A stretch of DNA of 42,556 nt. It comes from Octopus bimaculoides. Its lineage: Eukaryota. The notes beneath the pieces are model-generated. The model saw only the letters and a list, made by a program, of their open reading frames with translations, searched no databases and was not told the DNA's origin. Location of the stretch: NCBI RefSeq assembly GCF_001194135.2, contig NC_068999.1, positions 38,970,376 to 39,012,931 on the forward strand, read 5' to 3'. A program made the position numbers and the translations under genes. This document shows positions 23,464-34,239 of the stretch, one piece after another. Each line of letters opens with the position of its first letter. The stretch's first letter is position 1.

Positions 23464-24507
23464 CACAGGATACACATAGATCACACCATGAGGTACTTAA
23501 TGTAATGGGTACTCAAAATATGGGGTAGTCTGTCTTCTTAGCGAAGCTGCCTCAAAAGTAAAAGAAACAGAAACTATTCATAGTAAATGTTGATTAGTTT
23601 GTGTAATGTTCAAGTCATTCTCTCGAAGGAAGAGTAGTGTTCTTGGATGGAATTGGTATCCATTGGGAATCAGTTCTCAGTGTTGTGAAGTCTCTAGAAT
23701 TTTGATTTAGCTTGTCGCTGAAGTGTCTCTTCATGGTTTTTATCAAAACACAAATCTAATTTCTGAGGCAAGACATTGAAGGCAGGAACAAGTAACTTTT
23801 CACTCTGTGGAACCGGTCTAATAGCAGAGGCAAGATTAGGATAGACTAGCGTTTTGTAGATTTTCCGATTTTTCCTTCAAATCTAGGTTACAAAAGCAGC
23901 AGTCGTCCACGTGATTATAGGGCTCCCGCCATACCATTGGTATATAGCAAACCTCATACTTTTCCTTGTCCCTTTAGTCCATTGTCACAAATGTTCTGTA
24001 CTTGGTTTGCAGACACGATGCGGTGCCTAATATTTATTTTGGTCTCCCAGCTTGATCCCAAAATATGCCATATACGCTCTTTCAACAAAATGAGTGAGTT
24101 TTTAAAATTCGATTTCCAGGTAATGTGTATTCTCCTCAAACATAACGAAACACATTTAGAGAATTAACGCAACACTTTCCTGAAGAGAACATCTTGCTAA
24201 TATTTTATTGCTTGGTTCAGCACAACATCTAAAAATGTATGGAAAAAGAAAACAAAAACAACTTAGAATTAGAGTAATGTAACGAACCCTGCGTACCTAT
24301 CAGATCTAGTTTTCTTTAAGTTATTGAACATCTCTATAGTCACTATGTTAGAAAATGTGCCTAACAGAGTGACTGTAGAGGTGTTCAATAACTTAAAGAA
24401 AACTAGATCTGATAGGTAAAAAAGAAGGTCATATTTAGATTCAGGAGATCGATTTTGTATAGGAATGATGTCTATTTCCTAAACACCAAAAACTGTGTAG
24501 ACCAGTG
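23464..24507 (-). mobile_element. Decayed, internally deleted Chapaev3-like (CMC) DNA transposon with an N-terminal transposase relic at 24180-23763
   Basis: Minus-strand translation with frameshifts: KCCVNSLNVFRYV*GEYTLPGNR / THFVERAYMAYFGIKLGDQNKY*APHRVCKPSTEHL*QWTKGTRKSMRFAI / PMVWREPYNHVDDCCFC / NRKIYKTLVYPNLASAIRPVPQSEKLLVPAFNVLP. This matches the zinc-finger N-terminus I recall for Chapaev3 transposases (FCYICGEY...AYFG-KLGDQDK-WAPH-VC...PMVWREP-NH-DCYFC). The 5' terminus CACTGGTCTACACAG ends at 24507 next to TTA. The left end (TTA then CACAGGATACAC at 23461-23475) is tentative. Confidence 0.75.
24294..24418. repeat. Near-perfect inverted repeat: 58-bp arms (55/58 paired), 9-nt loop
   Basis: Arms at 24294-24351 and 24361-24418. 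Mismatched pairs are 24331/24381 (T/G), 24337/24375 (T/G) and 24345/24367 (A/G). Loop is AAAATGTGC. Confidence 0.95.
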
Positions 24508-25144
24508 TTATTTATGTATTGGTCGTCGTTCTTACTGTTTAGCCACAGGTCAGTCTGGATCAGCAGCAGAAACTATTATTAACTATTTTTATTCCTCAAA
24601 GGAAAAAAAAGCCTGTTTGAGGGAAATTTGACTACTATTTTTAAAAGGTCATTCACGCAATGTCATAATATGAAAAATGTGAATAATATGTGTATGCCGT
24701 AAATAAAAATCCATAATAAAAAGTTTAGAGGAACTAGAGAGATATCAAGAGAGTGAGATGGGGAGAGAGAGAGCAAAGAGAGGGAGAAAAGAAAAATAGG
24801 AAGAGAGAGAAAGCGAGAGAGAGAAAAGAGAGAGGGAGAGCAAGTTTAAGCCTGAGACGGGGAGAGGAGGACACGGTGGACCTGGAGCAATAAATGAGAA
24901 AGATTAAAGTCGAAACAACAAAGAACTTCTTTGAAATTTCTGCAATGTTTTGCACATCATCTGCTTTCACTCATGAACGATTTTTCAATAGAACTTCCTG
25001 AAGCATTTTGCAGAAACTAAGATAACGCAACTCCGAAGTTAGTTCGACTCTACTGATTTTTCCATCTTAATCATGTAATGCCGTGGCGCACACCAGAATT
25101 TTAATTAGCCCTTCACTATTTGCAATGTCTTGCTCTAAGATAGA

Positions 25145-25250
25145 GGGCGCTGGCTCAGCAGGATCGACAAAGCATCGGACATATTGCTTAGTGGTAATTA
25201 GTTGCATCAGCTACTTGCATACTGAGATCAACCCCACTCCACGATTGTTT
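25145..25250 (+). mobile_element. Old family-B SINE head fragment
   Basis: GCATCGGACATATTGCTTAGTGGTAATT...TACTGAGATCAACCCC resembles the family-B head. Confidence 0.5.
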
Positions 25251-25277
25251 TCTTTTCCTTAATCCGAAATTTATAAT

Positions 25278-25490
25278 ATTCTTTTCTGCTCTAGGCAAAA
25301 GGCCCGAAATTTTGGGGGAGGGGGCCAGTCGATTAGATCTACTTGAGTACGCAACTAGTACTTAATTTATCGACCCCTAAAGGATAAGAGGCAAAGTCGA
25401 CCTCAGCTATAAAAAAAACTCAGAACATAGCGGCAGACGAAATACCGCTAAGCATTTCGCCCGGCGTGCTAACGTTTCTGCTAGCTCGCC
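25278..25490 (-). mobile_element. Family-B SINE, full length, B box disrupted
   Basis: Minus strand reads GGCGAGCTAGCAGAAACGTTAGCACGCCGGGCGAAATGCTTAGCGGTATTTCG; the B-box region is replaced by a T run. Body and tail match the 14911 copy. Confidence 0.9.
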
Positions 25491-25524
25491 TACATCGCTA
25501 TTTAGAATGTTAACTAAGACGAAG

Positions 25525-25692
25525 ACAGCGACAGACTGAATCGTTAGTGCATCGGACAAAATGCTCAGAAGCATTTCTGCCGGTTCTTTACGGATTCAGC
25601 TCAAATCCCACTACGGTCCATTTTGCCTTTCATTCTTTCAGGGTCAATAAAGTATAGTACCAGTCAAGTTTTGGAGGCGGAGTGGTATCAAT
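25525..25692 (+). mobile_element. Older family-B SINE, head-to-head with the 25278 copy
   Basis: GAATCGTTAGTGCATCGGACAAAATGCTCAG...CTCAAATCCC...TTTGCCTTTTCATTCTTTCAGGGTCAATAAAGTATAGTACCAG. Confidence 0.75.
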
Positions 25693-25892
25693 GTTAAAAT
25701 CGCGAAACCACTAGAATCTCCTTCCTACACATTGAACGATGTGGAATGAGCTGGGAAATTTCCATGTATTACGTTTTTGTTTATTTTTCCGTTTGTTTTT
25801 GTTAATTTTCCGCTGTTATGTTTACGTCAAATTTTTGTATTCAAACGTTGAAATATAAGTATGTATGTATGTATCTACGTTTGTATTTATAC

Positions 25893-25923
<31 letters not shown>

Positions 25924-27342
25924 TGTAGGTAGGTAGATACGTACGTGTGTGTGAGTGTGTGTGTGTTTGTGAAAGGTACGTCTGAAATAATGTCGAGGTA
26001 TTTCAAAATTCCTTGACCGCTTCATTCAGACGCATTTGTTTTTTCGCTTCATTTTTCTTCAGTGCTCATCAATCCTCTCCTTAAATTAACGTAGGATCGA
26101 AACGTTAGACACTTCTTCAATTTTCATTGAACATTCACCTAATACGTATCAGCTGTCCATCTATCTCGGCTTTCTGTTTTTTTAAAATATTTTTGTGCAA
26201 CACACACGCACACATCAACATATATATAATCCGTACACGGAGGTGTCATGATGTCTCAAAATGTGACTAAAGATTTTAGTAAATTTAAACATATTTGATT
26301 TTATAAATTACGTTTGTGTCTTTAGTTTTCGTATGCATGGGTATCCGTATGCATGCATGTATGTATGTATATGTATATGTACATACGTTTATGAGAGTGA
26401 AAGGGAAGAGAGCGAGAAGGAATACGAAAGAGGTTGTATACATTCATATATATTTGTGTACATATATGCCGTTATATGTACATAAGTTCATATATACGTA
26501 TATATGCAGAGATGAATATAAATTTACTGATACAAGGATATACCGTCACATGAATACATGAAGCTACACACACACACACACACACACACACACGCGCATT
26601 CATATATAATTTATGTATGCAAAATATGCAATATGCAAATTTACCCACACACACACACACTCATACATATATATATATATATATATTCACAGTGAGACTC
26701 TGTGTGTGTGTCTGTGTGTCTGTGTGTGTGTGTGTGTGCTTAGTTTGCGTGCTTAATGTCACAGAGTTATAAAGATAGACATACAGGTTTATCTGTATGC
26801 ATGCGATGTTGTTAATAATTTCAATCTATCTTGGTTATGAATTCCTAACTTCATGACTTGAATCTATAAAATTGTATTTGAATTTGACATTTTTGAAAAT
26901 GTTATAGTTTTTATAATTTTAGCAGCTATCAATTCCAGACAAATTTTAAATTCGTAATTTAATAATTTCTGAGAAGAAAGAAAATAAAAGTCAAACCCAA
27001 GACATTTCTGCACCGAAAACAATTTTTGCATGTAAGCATCGATGAACTTAAATGCATATAGAAATATAAACTTTATTTATAATAATGTGCCATGATTTAT
27101 AATGTATTTGGAGACATTTTTTCTTCATAAAATGTTTTCCATATATATTTAAGTGTAATAATTTAGTGGATGTCCTGAAAACTGCGCACATATTTAAATA
27201 GATTCAAAGACACATACATGATATGTGTGTGTGCATGCGCGCGCATATTTCTGTGTATGTATGCATCTATCTGTCCATCGCTTTCTCTCTGTCTCTGTCT
27301 CTCGCACTCTCTTTATTCATTTCCCTACGTACTAGTCTATCT

Positions 27343-27412
27343 ATCTATCTATCAACATCTATCTATCAACATCTATCTATCAACATCTATCTATCAACAT
27401 CTATCTATCAAC
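27343..27412. repeat. Minisatellite: five perfect copies of the 14-mer ATCTATCTATCAAC within a (TATC)n tract
   Basis: Units start at 27343, 27357, 27371, 27385 and 27399. Confidence 0.95.
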
Positions 27413-27460
<48 letters not shown>

Positions 27461-27474
27461 GTGTGTGTGTCTCT

Positions 27475-27519
<45 letters not shown>

Positions 27520-27988
27520 TCTATCTATCTCGCTCTCTCTATCAACAAATACCATGTCGTGCCAAAGCGGTCTCTTATTATTTCCTGCTGAGGGTTTTGC
27601 GGAGGAGGGTCACGAGTCTCAAGTAAAATCTTATAACTAAAAAAAAACTAATGATACTATCGGTAGAAAAACATGCGATCTAACATCAATAATTCTTTAT
27701 TTGCATAAATAAAATTCATCATTCGAAAATTTGTTGCGTCAAAACGTTTTTGGGATCTTCTATATGTTTTTGCAGCAACCCATAGGTTTCGTCGTCTTTA
27801 ATATATATCGATTGTCGTTGTTTGCTCTAAATGGGGAGTTGATAGACAGCCGACAACAGATGATCAATCTTTTTTATTATATGTCCTTTTTACTCACGTT
27901 ATTTACGCATTTAACTGATTTGTTTTCGTATTTCATGTTATTTACTGTTGGTCACGTCTTCGACCGATCTATGCATATTTATATTTAT

Positions 27989-28032
<44 letters not shown>

Positions 28033-28490
28033 NNNNNNNNNNNNNNNNNNNNNNNNNNNNNNNNNNNNNNNNNNNNNNNNNNNNNNNNNNNNNNNNNNNN
28101 NNNNNNNNNNNNNNNNNNNNNNNNNNNNNNNNNNNNNNNNNNNNNNNNNNNNNNNNNNNNNNNNNNNNNNNNNNNNNNNNNNNNNNNNNNNNNNNNNNNN
28201 NNNNNNNNNNNNNNNNNNNNNNNNNNNNNNNNNNNNNNNNNNNNNNNNNNNNNNNNNNNNNNNNNNNNNNNNNNNNNNNNNNNNNNNNNNNNNNNNNNNN
28301 NNNNNNNNNNNNNNNNNNNNNNNNNNNNNNNNNNNNNNNNNNNNNNNNNNNNNNNNNNNNNNNNNNNNNNNNNNNNNNNNNNNNNNNNNNNNNNNNNNNN
28401 NNNNNNNNNNNNNNNNNNNNNNNNNNNNNNNNNNNNNNNNNNNNNNNNNNNNNNNNNNNNNNNNNNNNNNNNNNNNNNNNNNNNNNNNNN
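28033..28490. other. Assembly gap (458 N)
   Basis: Run of N between (TA)n arrays. Confidence 0.99.
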
Positions 28491-28854
28491 TATATATATA
28501 ATTTCCTGCTATTTACTACAAGAATATTTTGATATTTTGCAAGCTGAAATTCAATTGTGGACGAAGTCTTATAAATTTCTTGAACTCGTGAAGAATTCCT
28601 TAATATTGCTGTATAGATTCTTCTCATCAACACTCATAGATTCCCAGAATATATCACAATTTCACAAATGTATTATGAACGAAAGAGAAAGCTTATGGAT
28701 TTTATCGAACCTATATGTAACATACACACACACACCTGTTTTACTACTAAAAGTGTCGCAGTTCTTTATCAAAAGCACATGATCCAGTCGCTGCTATTCC
28801 ACTTCAATATATCAATTTAATAGCTTAAAGGTGAGCCAACTGTATCTACGCATA

Positions 28855-28945
28855 ATCGAGTGCCTTGCCCAAGGTCAAAACTCACACCGCACGGTCTCAG
28901 AATCGAACATACGTCACAACGGCACGTGTTCAACACCCTAACCAG
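28855..28945 (-). mobile_element. Old CORE-type SINE head fragment
   Basis: Minus strand reads TGGTTAGGGTGTTGAAC...TGTTCGATTCTG...CCTTGGGCAAGGCACT (B box plus CORE). Confidence 0.6.
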
Positions 28946-29708
28946 TGCAAGTTCACCACTATTTATACGCATTTCTGTGTTACTCTTGTTTGGCATAAGA
29001 TTTGATCAGACAGTGTGAGCTGGAACTAATGTAATTGCGCTGTAATCAATTCAGCTATTAACTGTATACACTGAAGTAGAATATCGGCGAGACCAGCTTA
29101 TAGTCATATGATGAAGTAGTGTGATGCATAATAATGAAGCCGAGGTGAAGATGGTAGAGTCTAGAGCTTGGAGAAGTTCTGTAGACTTTGTGTTTCGTCT
29201 CTAATATTTTCTGTATGAAACCATTAGTTATAAGTGTATTAAGAGCGAGTAGACTCAGATTCTTTTCTCAATAAGTTCCTTAAAATTTCAATAGACTTTC
29301 AATGATTCACCAATAAACCAACTTGTATTATATTGAATGAACTTTCAGAATACAAGATATGAGACATAATGTGATATGATATATATCTATTTATATGCAC
29401 ATACGTACAGAGTAACATGTCTGCGCACATCTGGACACACGAATATTTATACATATATGCACACAAAAATACGTATGCACACCCTCACAAACACATACAC
29501 ACACAGCACATAAATACACATACATCTCTGCAACAAAAATGTGTTATATGTATGTATGCCCGGAGAGAGAGATGCATGTTTGAGAATGTACATGTTTATA
29601 TATGTATATGTTTACGGGTGCTTATATACACTCGTACACGCACATACACACACACACATATATATATACATACGTATATTTATATGTATGTATATGTGTG
29701 TGTCTGTG

Positions 29709-29757
<49 letters not shown>

Positions 29758-29831
29758 NNNNNNNNNNNNNNNNNNNNNNNNNNNNNNNNNNNNNNNNNNN
29801 NNNNNNNNNNNNNNNNNNNNNNNNNNNNNNN
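29758..29831. other. Assembly gap (74 N)
   Basis: Run of N between (TA)n and a G run. Confidence 0.99.
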
Positions 29832-30062
29832 GGGGGGGGGTGTAAAAGATTTCTTTAAAATTAATTATAATTAATTATATTTAATTATATAAATTTTAAA
29901 GAAAGTATCAGATTAACGCAGACGTGATGGAATTTCTGTTTCGCAAACGCTTCCACTGTTTCTAGTTTTACAAACACATTCCTCTTTTGAATTATACGCA
30001 CGCATTTGTGTATGCGTTAAAATAAGGTTTTCTGTTAAATCAACCAAAAAATTTGTGAAGGT

Positions 30063-30240
30063 GCATGGCTTAATGGTTAATGTATTTGACTATCGATTGT
30101 AATGTGGATACCCGGTGATGCGATGTGTCCTTGAGCAAGACACTTTATTTCACGTCGCTCCGGTTCTTTCAGCTGGCAAAAATCAGTTGTCCCTGATAAC
30201 TCAAAGGGCCAGCGTGGTCATATTCTCATGGAACTTTCCT
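30063..30240 (+). mobile_element. CORE-type tRNA-derived SINE, diverged
   Basis: A-box-like TGGCTTAATGG at 30066-30076. CORE-like TGTGTCCTTGAGCAAGACACTTTATTTCACGTCGCTCC matches the 32605 copy. Confidence 0.7.
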
Positions 30241-30923
30241 TTAAGGGTAGGCGTGTCTGTGGAATGCTTGGCTATAAGCACATTAATTTCGCGAGGAGAT
30301 CGTTCTTTTGCTCGAATCACTTCGAACACTTCTGGTCATAGCCGACGGAGTGCTTATTTACTTATAGAATTAAAGAATAACAAGGAACTAAAAAACCATG
30401 GAATACATAGTGTGAATCGTAAGTTCAGAAAAATTTATTGTGAAGGTCAATTTGTCTGAGCTTGTCTGATGAGAAACTGTAAAGCAATCGTTAGAGGACA
30501 CGAACTTCACTATATATAATTGTAGCTTTATATACATACATGACATTGCATATAAATATAGAAACTGTATTAAATTGTTCATACAACAACAACATTAATT
30601 ATGGAACCCACTACATCGCAATGCAATGCCAAAATCTACATGCACATTAAAGAAACGCCATACACATTAAATATATTAGCATAGGGCTACTGACTTAGAA
30701 AATGACTAACGGTCTCAACTTTGTCAGCGACGAATATATTAACACGTGGTTGCTGACGTAGAATTCTGACGAAAGGTCAGCTATTTCGAAAAAGGACGGT
30801 GAGACGGTAGCATGGACACGAAAACTAAACTGGTACTTCCTAGATCCCAAATGGATAATTTCAATCTGCTTGTAAAACTGAATACTTTTTCTCGTATATT
30901 TGTACATATATAAGTATGTATGA

Positions 30924-30963
<40 letters not shown>

Positions 30964-31047
30964 ATACGTATATGTGTATATGTACATATATACTGTTACA
31001 CACCCAAATGTTCGTATCTATCTATCCATCCATCCCCCCTCTCTTTC

Positions 31048-31474
31048 NNNNNNNNNNNNNNNNNNNNNNNNNNNNNNNNNNNNNNNNNNNNNNNNNNNNN
31101 NNNNNNNNNNNNNNNNNNNNNNNNNNNNNNNNNNNNNNNNNNNNNNNNNNNNNNNNNNNNNNNNNNNNNNNNNNNNNNNNNNNNNNNNNNNNNNNNNNNN
31201 NNNNNNNNNNNNNNNNNNNNNNNNNNNNNNNNNNNNNNNNNNNNNNNNNNNNNNNNNNNNNNNNNNNNNNNNNNNNNNNNNNNNNNNNNNNNNNNNNNNN
31301 NNNNNNNNNNNNNNNNNNNNNNNNNNNNNNNNNNNNNNNNNNNNNNNNNNNNNNNNNNNNNNNNNNNNNNNNNNNNNNNNNNNNNNNNNNNNNNNNNNNN
31401 NNNNNNNNNNNNNNNNNNNNNNNNNNNNNNNNNNNNNNNNNNNNNNNNNNNNNNNNNNNNNNNNNNNNNNNNNN
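31048..31474. other. Assembly gap (427 N)
   Basis: Run of N. Confidence 0.99.
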
Positions 31475-32446
31475 TATATATATATATATATATATGAATG
31501 TATATATATATATATGCATACACACGCACACACACCTACGTACACACGAACGCACTCGCGCGCACGCACGCATATATATATTGGTTTTTGGCACCCGTTG
31601 CGAGACCTTTAGTAATTTATCAATGGGCTGGCACTTTTCTAGGTTATCAATCATTAAGGTTTGGCAATGGCCTAACTTGGATGTTTTTGAGAGTAATTTT
31701 AACACAGGCCAAGAAAACCTCCCTCCTTGCGTTATCGTTGTGGCTTTTGTGAATATTTTCAGACTGGAATAATATGAAAGAATATAAGAGAATGGTATTG
31801 AAGAATTGTTAAAACTGTTAAAAGAAAACCGCGAGATCTTTTACTTGACAATCGCCATATGATCAACTACATCACATTGTGAATATTTTGGACATGTTTT
31901 CATATTAAAAAAAAATATATGAAATAAATATACAGATCAAGATGTCGAAGATATTATATATCTTTATATCTTTATATTTGTTGCTTCCGACAATACTTCA
32001 TATGTGGATCGTAAGTTCAATATTTCCACATACTCACGCACACACACACAAACACTCATACGATTTTTTTTCAGTGAATTCAGTCACTTGTTTCGCTGGA
32101 GTGTCACCCCTGTGTTCACAGGGTCAACAGACAAATTATGGCTTGACTGATGACTCTATGATTTCACTGGCAAATCACCAAAGCACCCGATATCTCATCA
32201 TTGCTTTAGGTTTCACTCTTTACAAACGTTCCTTACATTTCATTTGTAGTGTTGCTTAGTACTGAAGCAAACTCTGCCGCAGTTAGTAGCAAGTTTATAT
32301 TACAGACATATGTTTTTGTATCTATCTATATTTATATTTAAGAGTGTTATAAAATATAAAGTTAAGTTTTATAACACAACCAAGCGTTTCTCGTCGTATA
32401 TATATGTACATGTACATATATATATAGATATGTATATATATGTATG

Positions 32447-32494
<48 letters not shown>

Positions 32495-32604
32495 ATATCA
32501 CGTGATTACGTGACCAACAAGGCTATTGATAGACATCGCTGGTCACAATGCGTTTTGCATTGTTTTAGCCTTTAAGTGACGCCTCTCCACTGGCTAGGCA
32601 AGGA

Positions 32605-32750
32605 GGCCAACATTCTCAACCCGAAAGGAGGACTGGAGCAACTTGAAATGAAGTGTTTTGCTCAAAAACACTACGCGCCGCCTAATCAGGGAATCGAACC
32701 CACAATCTGGCAATCGTGAATGCAACAGCCTAGCCACTAGGCCACACGCC
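32605..32750 (-). mobile_element. CORE-type tRNA-derived SINE with consensus-perfect RNA polymerase III A and B boxes
   Basis: Minus strand: A box TGGCCTAGTGG (32744-32734), B box GGTTCGATTCC (32700-32690), then CORE-like GTGTTTTTGAGCAAAACACTTCATTTC. Confidence 0.8.
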
Positions 32751-33158
32751 GTCACACATGCACACACGCACTGACACACACACAGACACACGCACACACA
32801 CACACATAGTTGTATGTCTCTCTGTACTTTGACCTCTACATTTATGTCCGCAGCTCTAGTCACATGTATGATGATGACACCCTGTTTTCCCTTTGTCTAG
32901 AACGATAATATCTAGTTGCCTTTGTCAATGTTTTCCTATAGAAACTACTTGAAGCAGATTTGATCCAAAGCACCAATTATTGCTTTATTTTCATTTTGAT
33001 TGGCATCTTTAATAAACTTTCAATTTGTCTCTTTAGTCATTGAATTATCATAATTTTCTGACTTTTTATATAAAGCAATACACAAAAATATTATTTATAT
33101 GTGCTCTTAAAAAGGTTAATCTATGTTTCATTACAAAAACACAAAAAATAGATGCTGC

Positions 33159-33191
<33 letters not shown>

Positions 33192-33524
33192 AAAGAACGA
33201 CTCAAGTGTTGGTTTGCGTTTTAAATTTTTATTTTGATTTGATTTTTATTTATTTAATCATATACTTGTTTATTTCTATTCAGTTGTATAAAACTTGCAG
33301 ACTTTTTATTACCGACCTTTTTCTTTTCTACTCCTATACATGCAACAGATCTAGACGAACATTTTCATCATTTTCATTTGACAATAGAAGTGATTGTGCA
33401 CAATAGACAAGATCTTAAAATATATTTTAAAACTAAATGCGTTTATCTCCATTCAGATGGTGTATATATAATACTTTATTGCCGTATAAAATCAACTGAA
33501 CTACCGTGTGCGTATTTAAAAAAA

Positions 33525-33558
<34 letters not shown>

Positions 33559-33613
33559 TGGAAACGTAAAAATAAAAACAAAACACAAAGGATTCTGCGG
33601 TACACGTGTTTCC

Positions 33614-33670
33614 AGCACATATATATGTAATTAGCACATATATATGTAATTAGCACATATATATGTAATT
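33614..33670. repeat. Three perfect tandem copies of the 19-mer AGCACATATATATGTAATT
   Basis: Units at 33614-33632, 33633-33651 and 33652-33670. The last unit overlaps the first LINE-like codon. Confidence 0.95.
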
Positions 33671-34220
33671 AGAAGCAATGCAGCGTAGCTTCCTAATGAG
33701 GATTGTTTCATTGTAACAGCTCAGCTACTGGAAAAAGCTGAAACAGCTACGACTGTACTCCCCGAAGCGAAGGTGAGAGAGATATGCAGTGATATACACC
33801 TGGAAAATCCTGGAAGGGACTGTGCGAAATGTTGGCATTGAAAGTTACTTAAATACCAGCACGGGCTGACACTGCACGGTGCCAAAGATACCAGCAATGC
33901 AGACGCGCTTCAGGACCAGTTACTCCAACAGCCTGGATTTCAGGGTCCCACAGATTGTTGATATTCTCTCAAAGAACCTGAGGGACCAACACAAAGTAGC
34001 TGTAGGTGTTTTCAAATTAAAACTGGATTTCTTCTTGTCGAGAGTCCCAGATGAACCTACCAGGTGGTAGGAGGCGCAAATGAGGGCAGCAACATCAAGC
34101 TCCCTTATTCTGTGAATACCTCAAATCAGATGAGACTCTCAATAATAACAGTGTAGCAAAACGGCGGTGCCCCAGCATGGCCACAGCTTTCAGTTGAAAC
34201 TGATATAATAATAATAATAA
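33669..34220 (+). mobile_element. 5'-truncated CR1/L2-group LINE: ORF2 C-terminus, 3' UTR and (ATA)n tail
   Basis: One frame from 33669 with no frameshift: LEAMQRSFLMRIVSL*QLSYWKKLKQLRLYSPKRR*ERYAVIYTWKILEGTVRNVGIESYLNTSTG*HCTVPKIPAMQTRFRTSYSNSLDFRVPQIVDILSKNLRDQHKVAVGVFKLKLDFFLSRVPDEPTRW*EAQMRAATSSSLI. This is the typical CR1/L2 pattern LE-VQR...LSYWERL--L-LYSLERRRER...FK--LD-FL--VPDEP. It is followed by GGCGGTGCCCCAGCATGGCCACAG and an ATAATAATA tail. Confidence 0.9.
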
Positions 34221-34239
34221 TATATATATAGTAAATCCC

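Noticed and set aside
30766-30795. CTGACGA...CGAAA hammerhead-like motif
   Set aside because: No stem II pairing and no GAAAC/NUH end.
32690-32750. Functional tRNA gene
   Set aside because: A and B boxes are present, but I could not form an acceptor stem or a clean cloverleaf, and the sequence continues into a SINE CORE.
33614-33670. CRISPR-like array (also considered for 27343-27412)
   Set aside because: The units are directly adjacent with no spacers, no cas genes are present, and the context is eukaryotic.
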